This document shows positions 38,716-51,678 of a DNA stretch of 64,000 nucleotides, in pieces; within the stretch, counting starts at the first letter, position 1; each line of letters opens with the position of its first letter. Under the pieces are notes generated by a model. That model searched no databases. It was not told the origin of the DNA and saw only the letters and a program-made list of their open reading frames with translations. The stretch lies in NCBI RefSeq assembly GCF_902652985.1, contig NC_047016.1, forward strand, positions 35,526,001-35,590,000, given 5' to 3'. Source of the stretch: Pecten maximus. Lineage: Eukaryota. Both the position numbers and the translations under genes were made by a program.

Positions 38716-40732
38716 TTATGTTAAAAAAGGATTAATTATAATTCCTTCACAGCACGGTAAATATATGTAGTCTTACCTGATCTGATATACTGCTACTTCA
38801 ACGCCGGCTAGACAGTAGAAAGGACTTTTGATAGACTGTGAGAAAAGCACAAGTGTCATTGACTGGCCAGACCACTGATAAAGACAGCCTTTATTGTCTG
38901 GGGGTGTGTCTGCACTTCCAGTACAAAACATGGACAGTATGCATGGCTAAAACAGCTGACCAACCAAGTTGATAATCATCCAGGAAGTCATAAGAATTGT
39001 CCCGCGATATGTATGTGATATATTTCTTGAAACATATTTTATTGTGTAAAATAAGAGATATACATGGAAGAGCGAAAAGTAATGTCTTAAAATACCACAG
39101 AAACAACAAAACATCTTATTTAATATATAAATGATATCAAAATCGATACCATACATGTATGTATCTTAGGATGTTCATATACATTTGTACATGTATATAA
39201 AGAAACAATCTATCCTAGAATACATTAGATTCTTACGTAAATGAAATGTGGACTGTGAAAAATGAATTTATGAAGATATACTACATGCATATAGAACTTG
39301 AAACAAAAACCCGGAAGAGGGAAACAATTGCCGTCCTGTTTTCGTTTTTAGCAATTCATCCATGTAAATTTCAGTGGCTAATACCTATACGTTAAGACAC
39401 TTTGTCACAAAATAGAGTATATGAGGGGTGTTGAATTGTCTTGTATATCAAGTATGGTTTTCGTTTTAATAAGAAATTTATCAAATCACTACTCGGCAAG
39501 TCTTCTTGATATAAAAGAAAGCATTATAAATTGGATGATTGTGTTCGCATTTTATAACAACATTTAAGGGATATACTTGTCAAATACTTGTTTTCAAACC
39601 TAAATGGAAAAAAAAATCAGATCTATACTGTATGATGTGGCTTAGCCAATGTCATATTCACAAGAAGAACGTCACTTCGAATATGGATGATTAAACGTAA
39701 AATTACCTTCTTAATTATTTCACTGAAGAAATGAATCTAACGTTTTCTAGCTTATAGCAGTTTAAGGACATGTTTGGGTGATATGTCCCTGAGCTTGTAG
39801 GTAAGACATGAGCGAAACTCATAAACATACTTCTGTTTGTGCATGCAGCCGGCACGATAACAATTGATATATGACGTAGAGCCGAATGTCTAGGCTATGA
39901 TGCGTGTAGTCATTCCACTGCTCTTGTCTGGTACTGAGTGATGTATCGGTTTCTTTCTTTTAGTTCCTTAATTTTTGTGTGTATTAACGCTAAGGTGTAT
40001 AACGCCTTTGTATATTGTTTATTTAAAACTTAATTGGGCACGGAATATCAAAAAATATCTCAAAATTTAAATTAGTTTCCTCTAATAACCTTAAATACTC
40101 CATAATATATAGACTTTAAACGTGGTAGAATTGTGATGTACTGGTCTAAACATTTCGACCGTTGTAGGGTGATTTTGGTCAATTCACGAGGATAATATAA
40201 GGAAAACAAACACATTTCATGCCAGTCTAAGTTCGTATTTTACCATTGTTTTGTCGATTTTACGTTAGAATCACGGTTTTATGTCGGTATTAACTATTGC
40301 TATGCTTTTGCCCTGATAGCCCATTGAAATGGTTTCGATGTAACCTCGAAAAACGAACACCCGATTGTGACCCCTCCCCCAGTTTGCAGTTAAAGATTAT
40401 TTTCAGCATTTAGGAAATCGTTATTCTGAGAAATTATACATTACCTACATGTACTTTAACACTTCAAAAACCTACATGATTTTTGTTTCAAATATCATAA
40501 GAAATAAACTGACAAAATCAGAACGGAAGCTGAGCTCTTTTGATATCTTATTTGCCAACATGTCCAAGATACCGGTATACATTGTGTATGGGTCTCAACT
40601 TAACATATATAGCGCGAAATCAAATTCAAATGCGAAGGAAATACAATTTATTTAGATGGATTTCATTGCATAGTAAGAAACAACGGAACACGAAAGTTTC
40701 ATGATATTATTGAAATTGTGGCGTGGATGTTG

Positions 40733-43700
40733 TTAAGTAGTAGTTGACGGTTTGGGTGTAGACGTAGTTCCCACAGGGACGATGATGTTGTCGATGGGCG
40801 CATTCTTTAGGTCTCCCCACTGGGTCAGAAACTCGTCGAGACTGATGAACGAATCACCTGACATAGACAACATATTAATAAAGAATTATTCGGAGTTCTG
40901 GAATCATTATTGATCAAAGAAACAGAGAAAAAAAAATTATATACGTTAAAAAAAACAAAAAAAAAACAACATTTTAATCATAACTATACGTACGAATATT
41001 AAAGATTAACTACCAGTTAGGGGACTAGTTTAACATTAATTCTCACATTCACATACATTAAAATTGTATTTGTGTAGGCACTCATTTTAGCGGTTATCTT
41101 ATATTAACGATTTTCGCGCTGAAACTTATGATCGCGCTAATTACACTTTCTTTAAATTGTTTTCTACAGAAATGATTTTAAGTGCGTTAATTCATCATTG
41201 CGGTAATCTGTTGAACTTTGACTGTGCGCTTAAATTTGACTGTGCGCTTAAATTAAAGTATCTATACTCTTTTGTCAGCGGTGTTTAATGGACTCAATGC
41301 CAATTTTATAGAAATCCTTTTCTTGGCTGTTCAGAAAGTCATCCGCTGTATGTATGATGTCGTCATCGGACTGAGAGTTGGTGCCTGAAATAGCTGATTT
41401 CAGTTTTGGAAATAGATGAAAGTCTGATGGAGCAAGATCATGTGAATAAAGCGGATGCTCAATCAATTCAAAGCCACAATTGTGAATGGCAGACATGGCA
41501 ATGACAGACTTGTGAACAGGAGCGTTGTCCTGCTAGATTAATACACCTTTAGTGAGCTTTCCGCGTCGCTTAAGTTTGATATTTTACCGTAACTACCTCA
41601 GTAGGAAAGCATAATATGTGCCATTGATTGTTTGTCCCTTTTGGAGATAATCTATCTGCAGAATACCATCTGTACCCCAGAAAACCGAGGCCATAACCTC
41701 CCCAGCTGATACAGTATTTGCCTTCTTTGGCGTCAGGGTGCTTCCATTGTTTCGATTGTTGTTTGGCCTCTGGGGAAAATGAAGGACCCGTGTTTCATCC
41801 ATAGTGACAAACCTCCGAAGAAAGTTGGCAGGATCTTCCTCAAAAAGGTTAAGATTAGCACGCGGTAATGTGCGCATGGTGTGCTTCTGATCAACTGTCA
41901 GAAGTCTTGGTACCCATCGGACCGAAAGCTTTCTCATTGTAAGATCATCGATCAGAATGGAATGTACTCTTTCCTGTGAAATGCAAACTCTACTGGATAT
42001 AAATCTTTCTGTGACTCGTCTGTCAGTCATAACAAAATCATGAAGCTTGTTGACTATTTCTGGGGTTCTAACATTGACAGGCCTTCCAGGACATCAAGCC
42101 TACGTCGGCTGCGCTTAAATTCCGCCACCAACCTTTTCACTGTAGCATATGAAGGTCATCTTTCCCTAGTGTTGCTACCACATCATTATGGATATCCTTA
42201 GATGTTAAATCTTTCTTTTTGCAAATATTGGATCACTGCTCTTTCACCGTTTTTGTCCATCTTTCAAGAGCCGCGTTTCTTGTTTTCGTTAGAGTGCTAC
42301 ATCGTCTATATAAACTACCCAAATGAGACCAGTCCTTGGGCACACGGCCCTATCTTATATAGTCAGAGAATGATAGGACTTAAAAAGAACATCCTTGAGT
42401 ACCTCCTTCAATAGGAGGCTCACAACATATCAATCAGCCCTCGTAAACACGTTTGTTATGTATCTTATTCCTGTACTTCACATGATCTAAATCTTCACTA
42501 CTGTGGCGTAACTCATCTAGATGTGATACTCACCGTTTGAGTCGAAATATGTGAAGATTTCGGGTAAGTCATCAGAAGTTATATGACCATCATCGTTGGT
42601 ATCAGCCTTGGTGAACAGTGTGCGTGCCTCGATCGGGGCACCAAGGTTGTAAAGTACCGTCCAGTCGTTCTCAAACTCACTTGCAGTTACCTCTTGGTCG
42701 TCTGGAATGTGAAAATATCGACAGTAACTCTTTCGTTTATTAACACTTAATATAGATATATAAAAGGGGTTCAGATTATTACTATTTTTCATATTGATAC
42801 TTGAGATGAATATAAGACGAAGCTCAAATTGCATGTCCTTCTCACATTACTATGTAATGTAATCAATCGGAGATTCAAATTGTAGCTCCTCGCCACTTTT
42901 GATATAAATATGAGAGGTTCAAATTGTAGTTCCTAGCCACTTTTGATATAAATATGAGAGGTTCAAATTGTAGTTCCTAGCCACTTTTGATATAAATATG
43001 AGAGGTTCAAATTGTAGATCCTAGCCACTTTTAATATGAGAGGTTCAAATTGTAGTTCCTCGCCACTTTTGATATAAATATGAGAGGTTCAAATTGTAGT
43101 TCCTAGCCACTTTTGATATAAATATGAGAGGTTCAAATTGTAGCTCCTCGCCACTTTTAATATAAATATGAGAGGTTCAAATTGTAGCTCCTCGCCACTT
43201 TTGATATAAATATGAGAGGTTCAAATTGTAGTTCCTAGCCACTTTTGATATAAATATGAGAGGTTCAAATTGTAGTTCCTAGCCACTTTTGATATAAATA
43301 TGAGAGGTTCAAATTGTAGTTCCTAGCCACTTTTGATATAAATATAAGAGGTTCAAATTGTAGTTCCTAGCCACTTTTGATATAAATATAAGAGGTTCAA
43401 ATTTATATTTCCTAGCCACTTTTGATATAAATATGAAAGGTTCAAATTGTAGTTCCGTCACACATTTGATATACATATGAGAGGCTCAGATCACAGCTCC
43501 CGACACATTTGATTCAAAAATGAGAAATTCAGTCAGTAACTTCTCCGCACACTTAATGTTAAAATATCTATGAATTCAAATCGGTTCAACAAGTAACATA
43601 TTCTGATATTTTATTTAATACGTATCTACTTCTTCCAACACATGTGAAGCACCTATTAGGTTAAATTCTTACGATTAACATCAAAGGCGAGAAATATATT

Positions 43701-44026
43701 GTCCAGTTCTGACACGCTCAGCTGGCCATTCTTGTCATTGTCGACTTTGTCGAACAGGATAACTTCTCTCTGAGGTTCCGAGCTCGACAATCTTAAGAAT
43801 AAAACATTTCTTTGAGATTAACAATTTGCGTTAGGTTCTTCATTTCTTTTTTTTCTATAAAAGGTAAAATGCCTTTTCAATCAAAGAATAGATTGAAGAA
43901 AAATATCTAGTCGTATCTAAATGAATACTTCTGATTACTGATATGCTTCCATTATTTTTTCCGAACATTTTAACGTGATACTTACACAGTAGCAACCAAA
44001 GCACATACCACAGACAGGAACAGCAT
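40733..44026 (-). CDS. secreted small EF-hand Ca2+-binding protein B (~150 aa) with Thr/Pro-rich tail, paralogue of A
   Basis: Exons 44026 (or 44044)-43986, 43791-43673, 42701-42534, 40857-40733 join in frame. Signal-like MLFLSVVCALVATVLS; EF loops DNDKNGQLSVSE, DVNHDQEVTASE, DTNDDGHITSDD, DSNGDSFISLDE. Same intron phases and 168-nt exon as gene A. Confidence 0.87.
41257..42443 (-). mobile_element. degenerate mariner (DD34D) element, 3' TIR lost, in intron 3 of EF-hand gene B
   Basis: 5' end TA-CGAGGGCTGATTGATATG. Frameshifted transposase from ATG 42260 with WVPRLL, TMDET, QDNAPVH and YSHDLAPSDFHLF. Confidence 0.92.
42870..43525. repeat. 44-bp minisatellite (~14 copies) in intron 2 of EF-hand gene B
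   Basis: Unit GATATAAATATGAGAGGTTCAAATTGTAGTTCCTAGCCACTTTT. Confidence 0.95.
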
Positions 44027-46843
44027 CTGAAGCACACAGTTCATCAAAGCATTCAGACATTGTAATTATGACGAAACTTTATTTTTAGGATGTTAAGAAG
44101 GCGATGATTACTACAGGTATTATCACAAAATCGGTCTGTTATCCAGTGAATTCGCCCATGTAATATTTGTGCATGTCATTATAGCACAATATACCCTGGA
44201 ACGTTTTTATTGGGTACGCCTGTTACTAATCGATTGTGATGTCACAATATGGACAATGACGTTACGCCATCAATTGATAATAGCACAAAAAAAAAATGAT
44301 CTCTCTGATATATATTTCATATTCCATACTTTAAGTGGCAAGCCAAGTTGTCATTGAGCAAAGTTGATCCAGTAATTACCCAAATCATGTATAATATCTT
44401 AATTTTTTTATAAGATGTATTACAATGTACATGACATATCATAAACCTTTCTTTATAAGATATTTTTTATATTATATATATACAACACATGTACTATAGA
44501 AGATGTTTTACCTATTATAGCTTATGCAATAAAAAGATACGTGATAAAGACAAGTTAAAGGTATCATATATCTTTTATGCAATATGTGATATATTATAAA
44601 GGATATCAAATATATTCTATAAGATATCACATATTTCAAAAGATCTCCTACATTACTATCACAAAATATATTAAATTATATTATCATAATATTATATAAT
44701 AAAAAAGATATATCATATTAAAGATACAGGACATCTCATCAACTTTGAATTGTTATAATTCATTTCATAAAACTTCACATGAAATGAACACCCATATCAA
44801 GTTTATTATGTTGAATATAAACATACTGTGATTGCTATATAATGTAAAAATAACCAATCTGTGTTCTCCTGAATATCAATCCCTTTAATGTTTGCAAGGA
44901 AATACCATATGAAATGTCACAGGTTTATGTCTCTTGCAAATTGTGAAATATTCGCAACTTCCGAACGCTGATATCAACCTTTAACACGTATTACCTATAT
45001 GTTGGTTCTATACAGACGGTACCTACTGGAAATATCACCAGATAAACAAAATGACCGTGACAGGACTACTAACACATGTATATTTTGGGCTATGTGCTGG
45101 AGTTCATGCTGATCCTGTGACTCTGTACCTTGCAGTATTGTAATGGACGGCCAATTAAACGTTATTAAAGGTCAGTTGATCGTGAATTATGGATGCTGTA
45201 TATTATCATGGCATTATCAATAGAATATATCAAATTGCCTCCCGTTGAATATACATATATTATCATTGCATTTTTATGCTAAAAAAGCAAAATTAGTGTC
45301 AAAAAGTGAGGAAATCAGTTTCACAATTCATGAAGTCGTCTCTTTGTGACATTACTCCACGTCAACGTGATGGCGCCATTTTGAACGGACTGATCAACGC
45401 AATTTAAGCGTTTTCTACTTTTGTTGCAGAATCTATGCATAAAAAATAACTTCAAGTGAGTAGGCCTATTTGGTTAAAAACTAGTCTGCATTTTTCAGAA
45501 ATACAGCTAAATAGCCCATTTATCTATCTTCGTTTCGAATTAAAAAAAATAGCAAGTTTCAACGAGTTGTATACAAGGTTTCGCTCTGATTGGTCAAAAA
45601 CGTAAAAACATATTTCACTGCAAAATCCTATATTTTCACTGCTCATTACTACAGTATCAGTTTGAAAGATTTCTATGTTTCATTGGCAAATATGCAGTAA
45701 ATTTAGTATTCGTCTTGTTAAAATGTCATGAAAATAACCCGTTGTTTGGTATTTCCTGGTTCATTAAATCTATTTGTTGCCATTAGTCGCTGTATTGGGT
45801 TTATGGTTAAAATAGTTTTGTGAGCAATAATACAATTGCATGCCATAGGAAGAAGTAAATACAGTACTTACATTGTGTGTTGTTAAAGAGATAGAGAGCG
45901 GAACTATTGTATTTCAGTGTCAGATAAGCTGAACCTCGACACAGACCGGAGATAAGCCCTGATACTCAATGTCCTTAAAAGAAACAGTTTTAGCTGACGA
46001 TTGTCGAACGATAGCATTATCACGCAGTCATGAATGCTGTGTGATCGGTGCATTAACAAGAATGGGTTTGTGAAATGAAACACCTGTTTCAATATTTTTT
46101 TAATTTTGTTTTTATTGTCAGAATTATTTAAAACACCCTTATTATATTATGTTATTTTAGAATATAAGTTTATTTAAAGGTCTTTAACAATTAAAATTAC
46201 GGTGCCAAGCTATTTAGTATAAATTTGAAATCATTTTATCTAATATCTGGCTAATCTTTTCGTCGTCTATTACCACTTAAAAACTGTCGTTCATTTTTTT
46301 AACAAAGAGAAGAATTAGTTGCGGCGTTAGTAACTGGAAATTTAGACCCACTGCCAGCTATCGTCATGCGAGATTAATCTGTTTGTTAATATCCATGATT
46401 TTCATTTGACAGAACCCCCGAACTCAGGTTGAACTGTTGTAATCCCCCTGACCATCCAAGTCCTGAGATGGGCCAACAACGTCATCACGTTTAATGCTGG
46501 TTGCTTTTCGCAAAAGTCCTCTAAATGATTTGCCGTCAACAACATGCCAAGTGCTCAAGACCTGTCCAAAAACTTATATGATATTGAATACCACCGTTCA
46601 ACCGATGTTTCTATCTCTCACACACTTAACGTAGGATACATGATGACACTCAAACCGTTGGGCCGTAGTTATAGATAAACTACCAGGATTAATGGCAATT
46701 GGAATATCTTCAAGCTATAACTTTGTTATTCGCTATTATTGGACCGATTACACAATACCTTTATATAATGCATGTCCAATGCATATCCATGATAAAACAG
46801 AAGAATTTAATGAAGTATTACTTGAAGATACTACAGGTAGGCA

Positions 46844-47366
46844 CGAGTGTTGATTGAGATGTTGTGAGCCTCGTGTTGAAGGAGGTACTCGATGGTGTTC
46901 TTTTTAAGTATTACTATGATCTGACTATATAGGGCCGTGTACCCAAGGACTGGTCTCATTTGGTTAGTTTATATCGACGAGGTAGCACTCTAGAGTAAAC
47001 AACACAAGCGACTTTTGCAAAATGGACACACTCGGTTAGGGTTAGAGTGAAAGAGTCTGTCATTGCCATGGCTGACATTCAGGATTGTAGCTTTAAATTG
47101 ATTGAACATCAGGCTTATTCAAATGATCTTCGCTCCATCAGACTTCCAGTTATTTCCAAAACTTAAAACAGCTATTTCAGACACCCTAGCCCTAACCCAA
47201 ACCCTAACATGCAGTGGGTGACTTTCTGAACAGCCAAGGGAAGGAGTTCTATAAAAGTGACATTGAGGCACTTAACACTGCAGACAAAAGTGTATAGATA
47301 CTGAAGGGGATTATGTTGAAAAATAATACAATATGTCCGAAAAAATCAAATCCAACAATATGAGGC
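46844..47366 (+). mobile_element. internally deleted copy of the 41257-42443 mariner family
   Basis: Aligns to the 5' ~200 nt and the 3' transposase part of that element, with about 750 nt deleted at ...GAAAGAG/TCTGTCATTGCC. Confidence 0.9.
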
Positions 47367-48051
47367 CCCGGAGTCAGGAGCAGTTCTTTTTTGCTCGACC
47401 CAATAAAAATTGCATGATCTATTTGGTCGTGGGATTTTTAACACATATTATATTAAGATTTCATATACAATGTATATACACTTTTTATGTATATAATTAA
47501 AAGTTAACAACTTTCGATAGGTCATTGTGATTGACTAAGTTACGAATTTGCTGTTGTCGTATGCGGTTTACAGATTGCATATACATGTACATGTACATCG
47601 GGTACAAATGTAATTGTGATTATTCTATCTCATCGGAATCGAACTTTGAAATGCTTCAGTTGGCAAAAGAAAGTACCCGCGGATATCCCATTTTATACAG
47701 TGTTCAATAAAACAAGAAAAACAGTTAACATTTTTTCTGGATGGGAAATGTATTTTTCGAAACCGTAACATAAGAACATTCTAGTATCTACATGCTAACA
47801 TATAACAACGAACATCTTTCACAAATGTTAGCATTCTTCCACTACCAACCGACGGACAGAGCAAAATCCATTTAGAGGAAAATCCTGAATAAAATAAATG
47901 GCAGCATCTGAAAGGAAACCTCTCTGTACACACATTTCTCTTCTCTGTTAGAGGTACCTTGTATTTTAAACCAAAGCATAAATCCTTGAATCAGTTTATA
48001 TTTAAAACAGTCTGTTTATCATTGTTCAGAAATACTGGACGGGTTCTATCC

Positions 48052-49644
48052 TTACAGCGTCGTAGTTTCCCTTGTCTGCACAGTACCATCCTCATACCCT
48101 AGCCATACGCGATCGTCCGGTTGCACACCTATAGCAGTAGGGCGCGGCACGTACTCCTGCCTATTCATAACGGTCCTCAGAATCGAGCCCCTTTTGTCAA
48201 GAACCAAGATGGCACATCGAAGTGTGTCAACCACGTAGATATTGCCCAATGAGTCAAAGCATGCATCGACCACCATGAAATGCGAGATTCCTCCCTTTTT
48301 TACAAATTGTCCAGTTACTTGACTCTTACCACAAGCTGAGTGGAATCGTATGCGCATGTCACTGTCCATTACTGTGACGTAACCCGAACCCCTGTTGAAC
48401 AACACTAAGTCCCCATTTCGAGGATTCTGCCGTAATCGCATTGGTTTTGGGGTGTTATCAAAGTCGATTCTTCCTACTAAAGACCCGCGGACTTTGTGAA
48501 GTACGTTCCCTCTGGAATCAAACTTGATGATTAGTCCTCCTGTTTTGAACGCTACAATGATGAAGTTTTCCCGAGTGACAACTAGACTAGAAGGAACTGC
48601 CTCAGTATAGAAGATTACCTTGGTGCGTCCGTATATGCCTTTGATCTCCCGAATGCTTCTATCAGCGCAGCATATAAGCGTCCGTCTTCTATCTGGAGAA
48701 GTGGTGACGTCGATGACTTCAACACCACTAGTTGTTACGACCTGTATTGGTTTTTTGCTGATAGTTGACATGAGGTTGACCTCGTCGGTATCACACAGGA
48801 CGACCCATGCCTCCGTATTGTTGATAGGACAAATGTTAGTTACCTCCGTCTCGTGCTCCGACACACGAACGGGGTTTTCTAATGCAGCCCCGGGATTGGG
48901 ATAACCGAGGTCCTTGGAGGATAGGAAACTGTAGGCCTGTTCCATCTGGTTATTGGTGACAACCATGACGCTTTTTGCTTCTCTACGAAGTTCGCCAAAC
49001 AAATTACGGACCTCGAGTAAGTTGAAGTCACCTGGTACAAATTTTGGAACTTCCAATATTGATGCGTTAGCCAAGGGTCGGTTGCCGTTTTTCCCTAAGG
49101 CTTGTCTTATTGGACTCGTGTCTATCATTGACAATGGTAGACTCTTGCCGGATTTGCTGTATTTAAGAATTTCCGTCTCTAGTCTCTTCAATTGATCTAC
49201 GACTTTGGCTAGCTTTTCGACGTTTTTACGCCTGATGCGTTCCACTTCCCGAATGTGATCCTCGGTGACCCGGTCCACATTGTTTTTTATTACCTCGCCT
49301 CGGCTCCGTATCTGGCGGACTATGTTATCAACCTGCTCGTTGTAATCCCTGAGTCGCTTGTTGACCTGAGTCACGTTGTCCGTCAGTTTCAGGAGGGAAT
49401 TTTCAGACACGTCCAGGTGCTGGAATATCAGGTTTTGCCGATCTTGAACAACATCGTCCAACTCCAAGAACTCGTGTTTCTTGTGGTCGCACTTGATGCA
49501 CGTGGGACACACGAGCTCGTCCTGACATGTAACACACACCATAGTAATTGGCTTCCCCGGATGTAACGTGCATTCTTGTTCACTGTAGCTGTTACTTGTA
49601 CCAAAGCTGGCACTGAACGGGAAACTTCTTCCAGATGTAGACAT
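48052..49644 (-). CDS. TRIM-like protein without RING: B-box2, coiled coil and NHL/beta-propeller-like C-terminus (530 aa)
   Basis: Long intact ORF. B-box CTLH...CVTC...CPTC...HKKH, heptad-rich helix, and NHL-like repeats (DACFDSLGNIYVVD, PTAIGVQPDDRVWLG). Confidence 0.88.
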   Translation of the reverse strand: MSTSGRSFPFSASFGTSNSYSEQECTLHPGKPITMVCVTCQDELVCPTCIKCDHKKHEFLELDDVVQDRQNLIFQHLDVSENSLLKLTDNVTQVNKRLRDYNEQVDNIVRQIRSRGEVIKNNVDRVTEDHIREVERIRRKNVEKLAKVVDQLKRLETEILKYSKSGKSLPLSMIDTSPIRQALGKNGNRPLANASILEVPKFVPGDFNLLEVRNLFGELRREAKSVMVVTNNQMEQAYSFLSSKDLGYPNPGAALENPVRVSEHETEVTNICPINNTEAWVVLCDTDEVNLMSTISKKPIQVVTTSGVEVIDVTTSPDRRRTLICCADRSIREIKGIYGRTKVIFYTEAVPSSLVVTRENFIIVAFKTGGLIIKFDSRGNVLHKVRGSLVGRIDFDNTPKPMRLRQNPRNGDLVLFNRGSGYVTVMDSDMRIRFHSACGKSQVTGQFVKKGGISHFMVVDACFDSLGNIYVVDTLRCAILVLDKRGSILRTVMNRQEYVPRPTAIGVQPDDRVWLGYEDGTVQTRETTTL

Positions 49645-51504
49645 TTTGAACGGGCCGTTAGAAAACTGGAACCTCTCTCATAACTTCATGATTGCCATGT
49701 ACCCTGCAAGTACAAAATATTAATGTATATATATATATGTATGTATTTGCATATTTCGAGGTATCAAATGACAGCTACTTACTCATCATGCCATGATTTC
49801 AATGTGTATTACATGTACATATATTATTTGCCAGACCATGTCTGGTGTAGGGCCAGAGCGCACTACTATATAAAAACATGGAATTCTCCGACACCGTTTG
49901 GTGTCGCTCAGAATATGGAGCAAATACAATCAAATCGACCATGACACAACACCTACCTTACATAAACGAATAGATTAGATATCCACTAACTTAAACCACT
50001 CATTTAGACCCATATAAGTGTTATATTCCATTCGTATTTTGCTTTTGTTTTTTTGGGGGGGTTTTTTTCGTGCTATTTTTCTAGACAATATTTATCGTTA
50101 CTTAGGCGACAACAAATAACATCTACGATGTTTAAACCTATGTAATATAAATCAAGTAGTAGTTCTAATTTGTAATTGATCACATCAAAATGTATATGCC
50201 CATTGCACATACATTTTGTTGGCACATTTTCATGGGAAAGTCTGGGCATATTTTTTTCTCTTACCAGGAACACTCAATAATTTCATTTATTGTAATTGTT
50301 AAAAGTACATGCAAACAAAATAACTATTGTGTACATGTACGTAATTCGATGATAGAGATGTCGTATTCTGTGACATCTTTTCCTTCATTCTTGAAAACTC
50401 AAACATAATATTTTTTAACATTTTTCGATAGCGGTACCTATGGGAACGAAATATTGTTGCTGTAAATAACATATTATATACTGCTTTGTGCTTTGTTCTG
50501 AACGCAAAAATATAAAGCAGCAACTACATCGTGTCAGTGCTTGCTTCCAAATACAAGTCTGTGTTGGCTTACTGCGCATCACTTTACTTCAGTGGTGAGG
50601 GCATGGATATTCAGGTGAATAAAAAGGTTGTAAACTTGAATAAATTGGCGACACAATAAGCATCATGGACTATAAGGCATATATAAACAATATAAGTATC
50701 GCTAGGCCAGGCCTCCTTCTTAACCGTAAACATATATGTATCTGAATTATCAATACTATCCAGAAAACATACAATAGTTTCTTAAAAAAATCCCTGCAAC
50801 AATTTTTGAATGCATAGATAATTAAAGAGCGACCATGTGTTAAAATATGTTATTTCCTCTCAAAATGCGTATCCACTAAAATTGATTCCCGGATTGATAC
50901 GAATTTTTTTATGTTGTTAACTTAAGATTGCTTCTATCTCTATATAGTACATATGGTATACCAATACGCCCTGGAATGACCCGTAAGTTAGCTGTACACC
51001 ACTCCAGTATTTAACACGAGTTGGGGATATTTCAATATAAACGATCATGTTGTGTTACGATACACATATGTATATGTATACACACTGTCTATCCACAATA
51101 CTGATTATTACTTATCAGGTATATATTACATGTTTGTGCTTCGTAAAATGCACAATGAAATATGACGAAACTATTATATATGCATGTATATATAACTAAA
51201 TACTACTACTAAATTTTACTTATCATCGTAAATTACATTTTGATATTTTGTAAACTACATAACACAATATGACGAAATTCTTATATACATGTAGATATGC
51301 ACGTTACTTCAATTGCACGATGAAGATTTGTAAGCAAGTGTATATTAAACTAAATGTAAATTATAGCACTGGAAGAGTATAATACATAGATTACTTCTGT
51401 ACTCCTGTAAAACGCTTAACAATCATTTTAGTACTTAAGAAATCTGACTAATGCACGGATAGCACACAAAGTGCAAATATCATCTCTGTATTGATAGATT
51501 ACAC

Positions 51505-51678
51505 ATTGTCTAATGTAAATTACCAATTGTCTAATATGAATTATCCATTGTCTTTTACTCATGTCTACTGTAAATTACTCATTGTCTAATGTGAACTACC
51601 CATTGTCTTTTATAAATTACTCATTGTCTAACTAAATTACCCAATGTCTAATGTAAATTACCTATTGTCTAATGTAAC
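51505..51678. repeat. ~22-bp minisatellite
   Basis: ATTGTCTAATGTAAATTACC(C/T)-like unit, ~8 copies. Confidence 0.85.

Noticed and set aside
37439-38770. Overlapping repetitive ORFs (SYEDGCQG.../NSQCHTRTGVK...) as a Cys-rich repeat protein
   Set aside because: Mixed 41/42/43-bp units shift frame repeatedly, with no splice or signal context.
48620-49566. Plus-strand ORFs overlapping the TRIM-like gene, and similar antisense ORFs over SLC16 exons
   Set aside because: Antisense shadows of real coding sequence.
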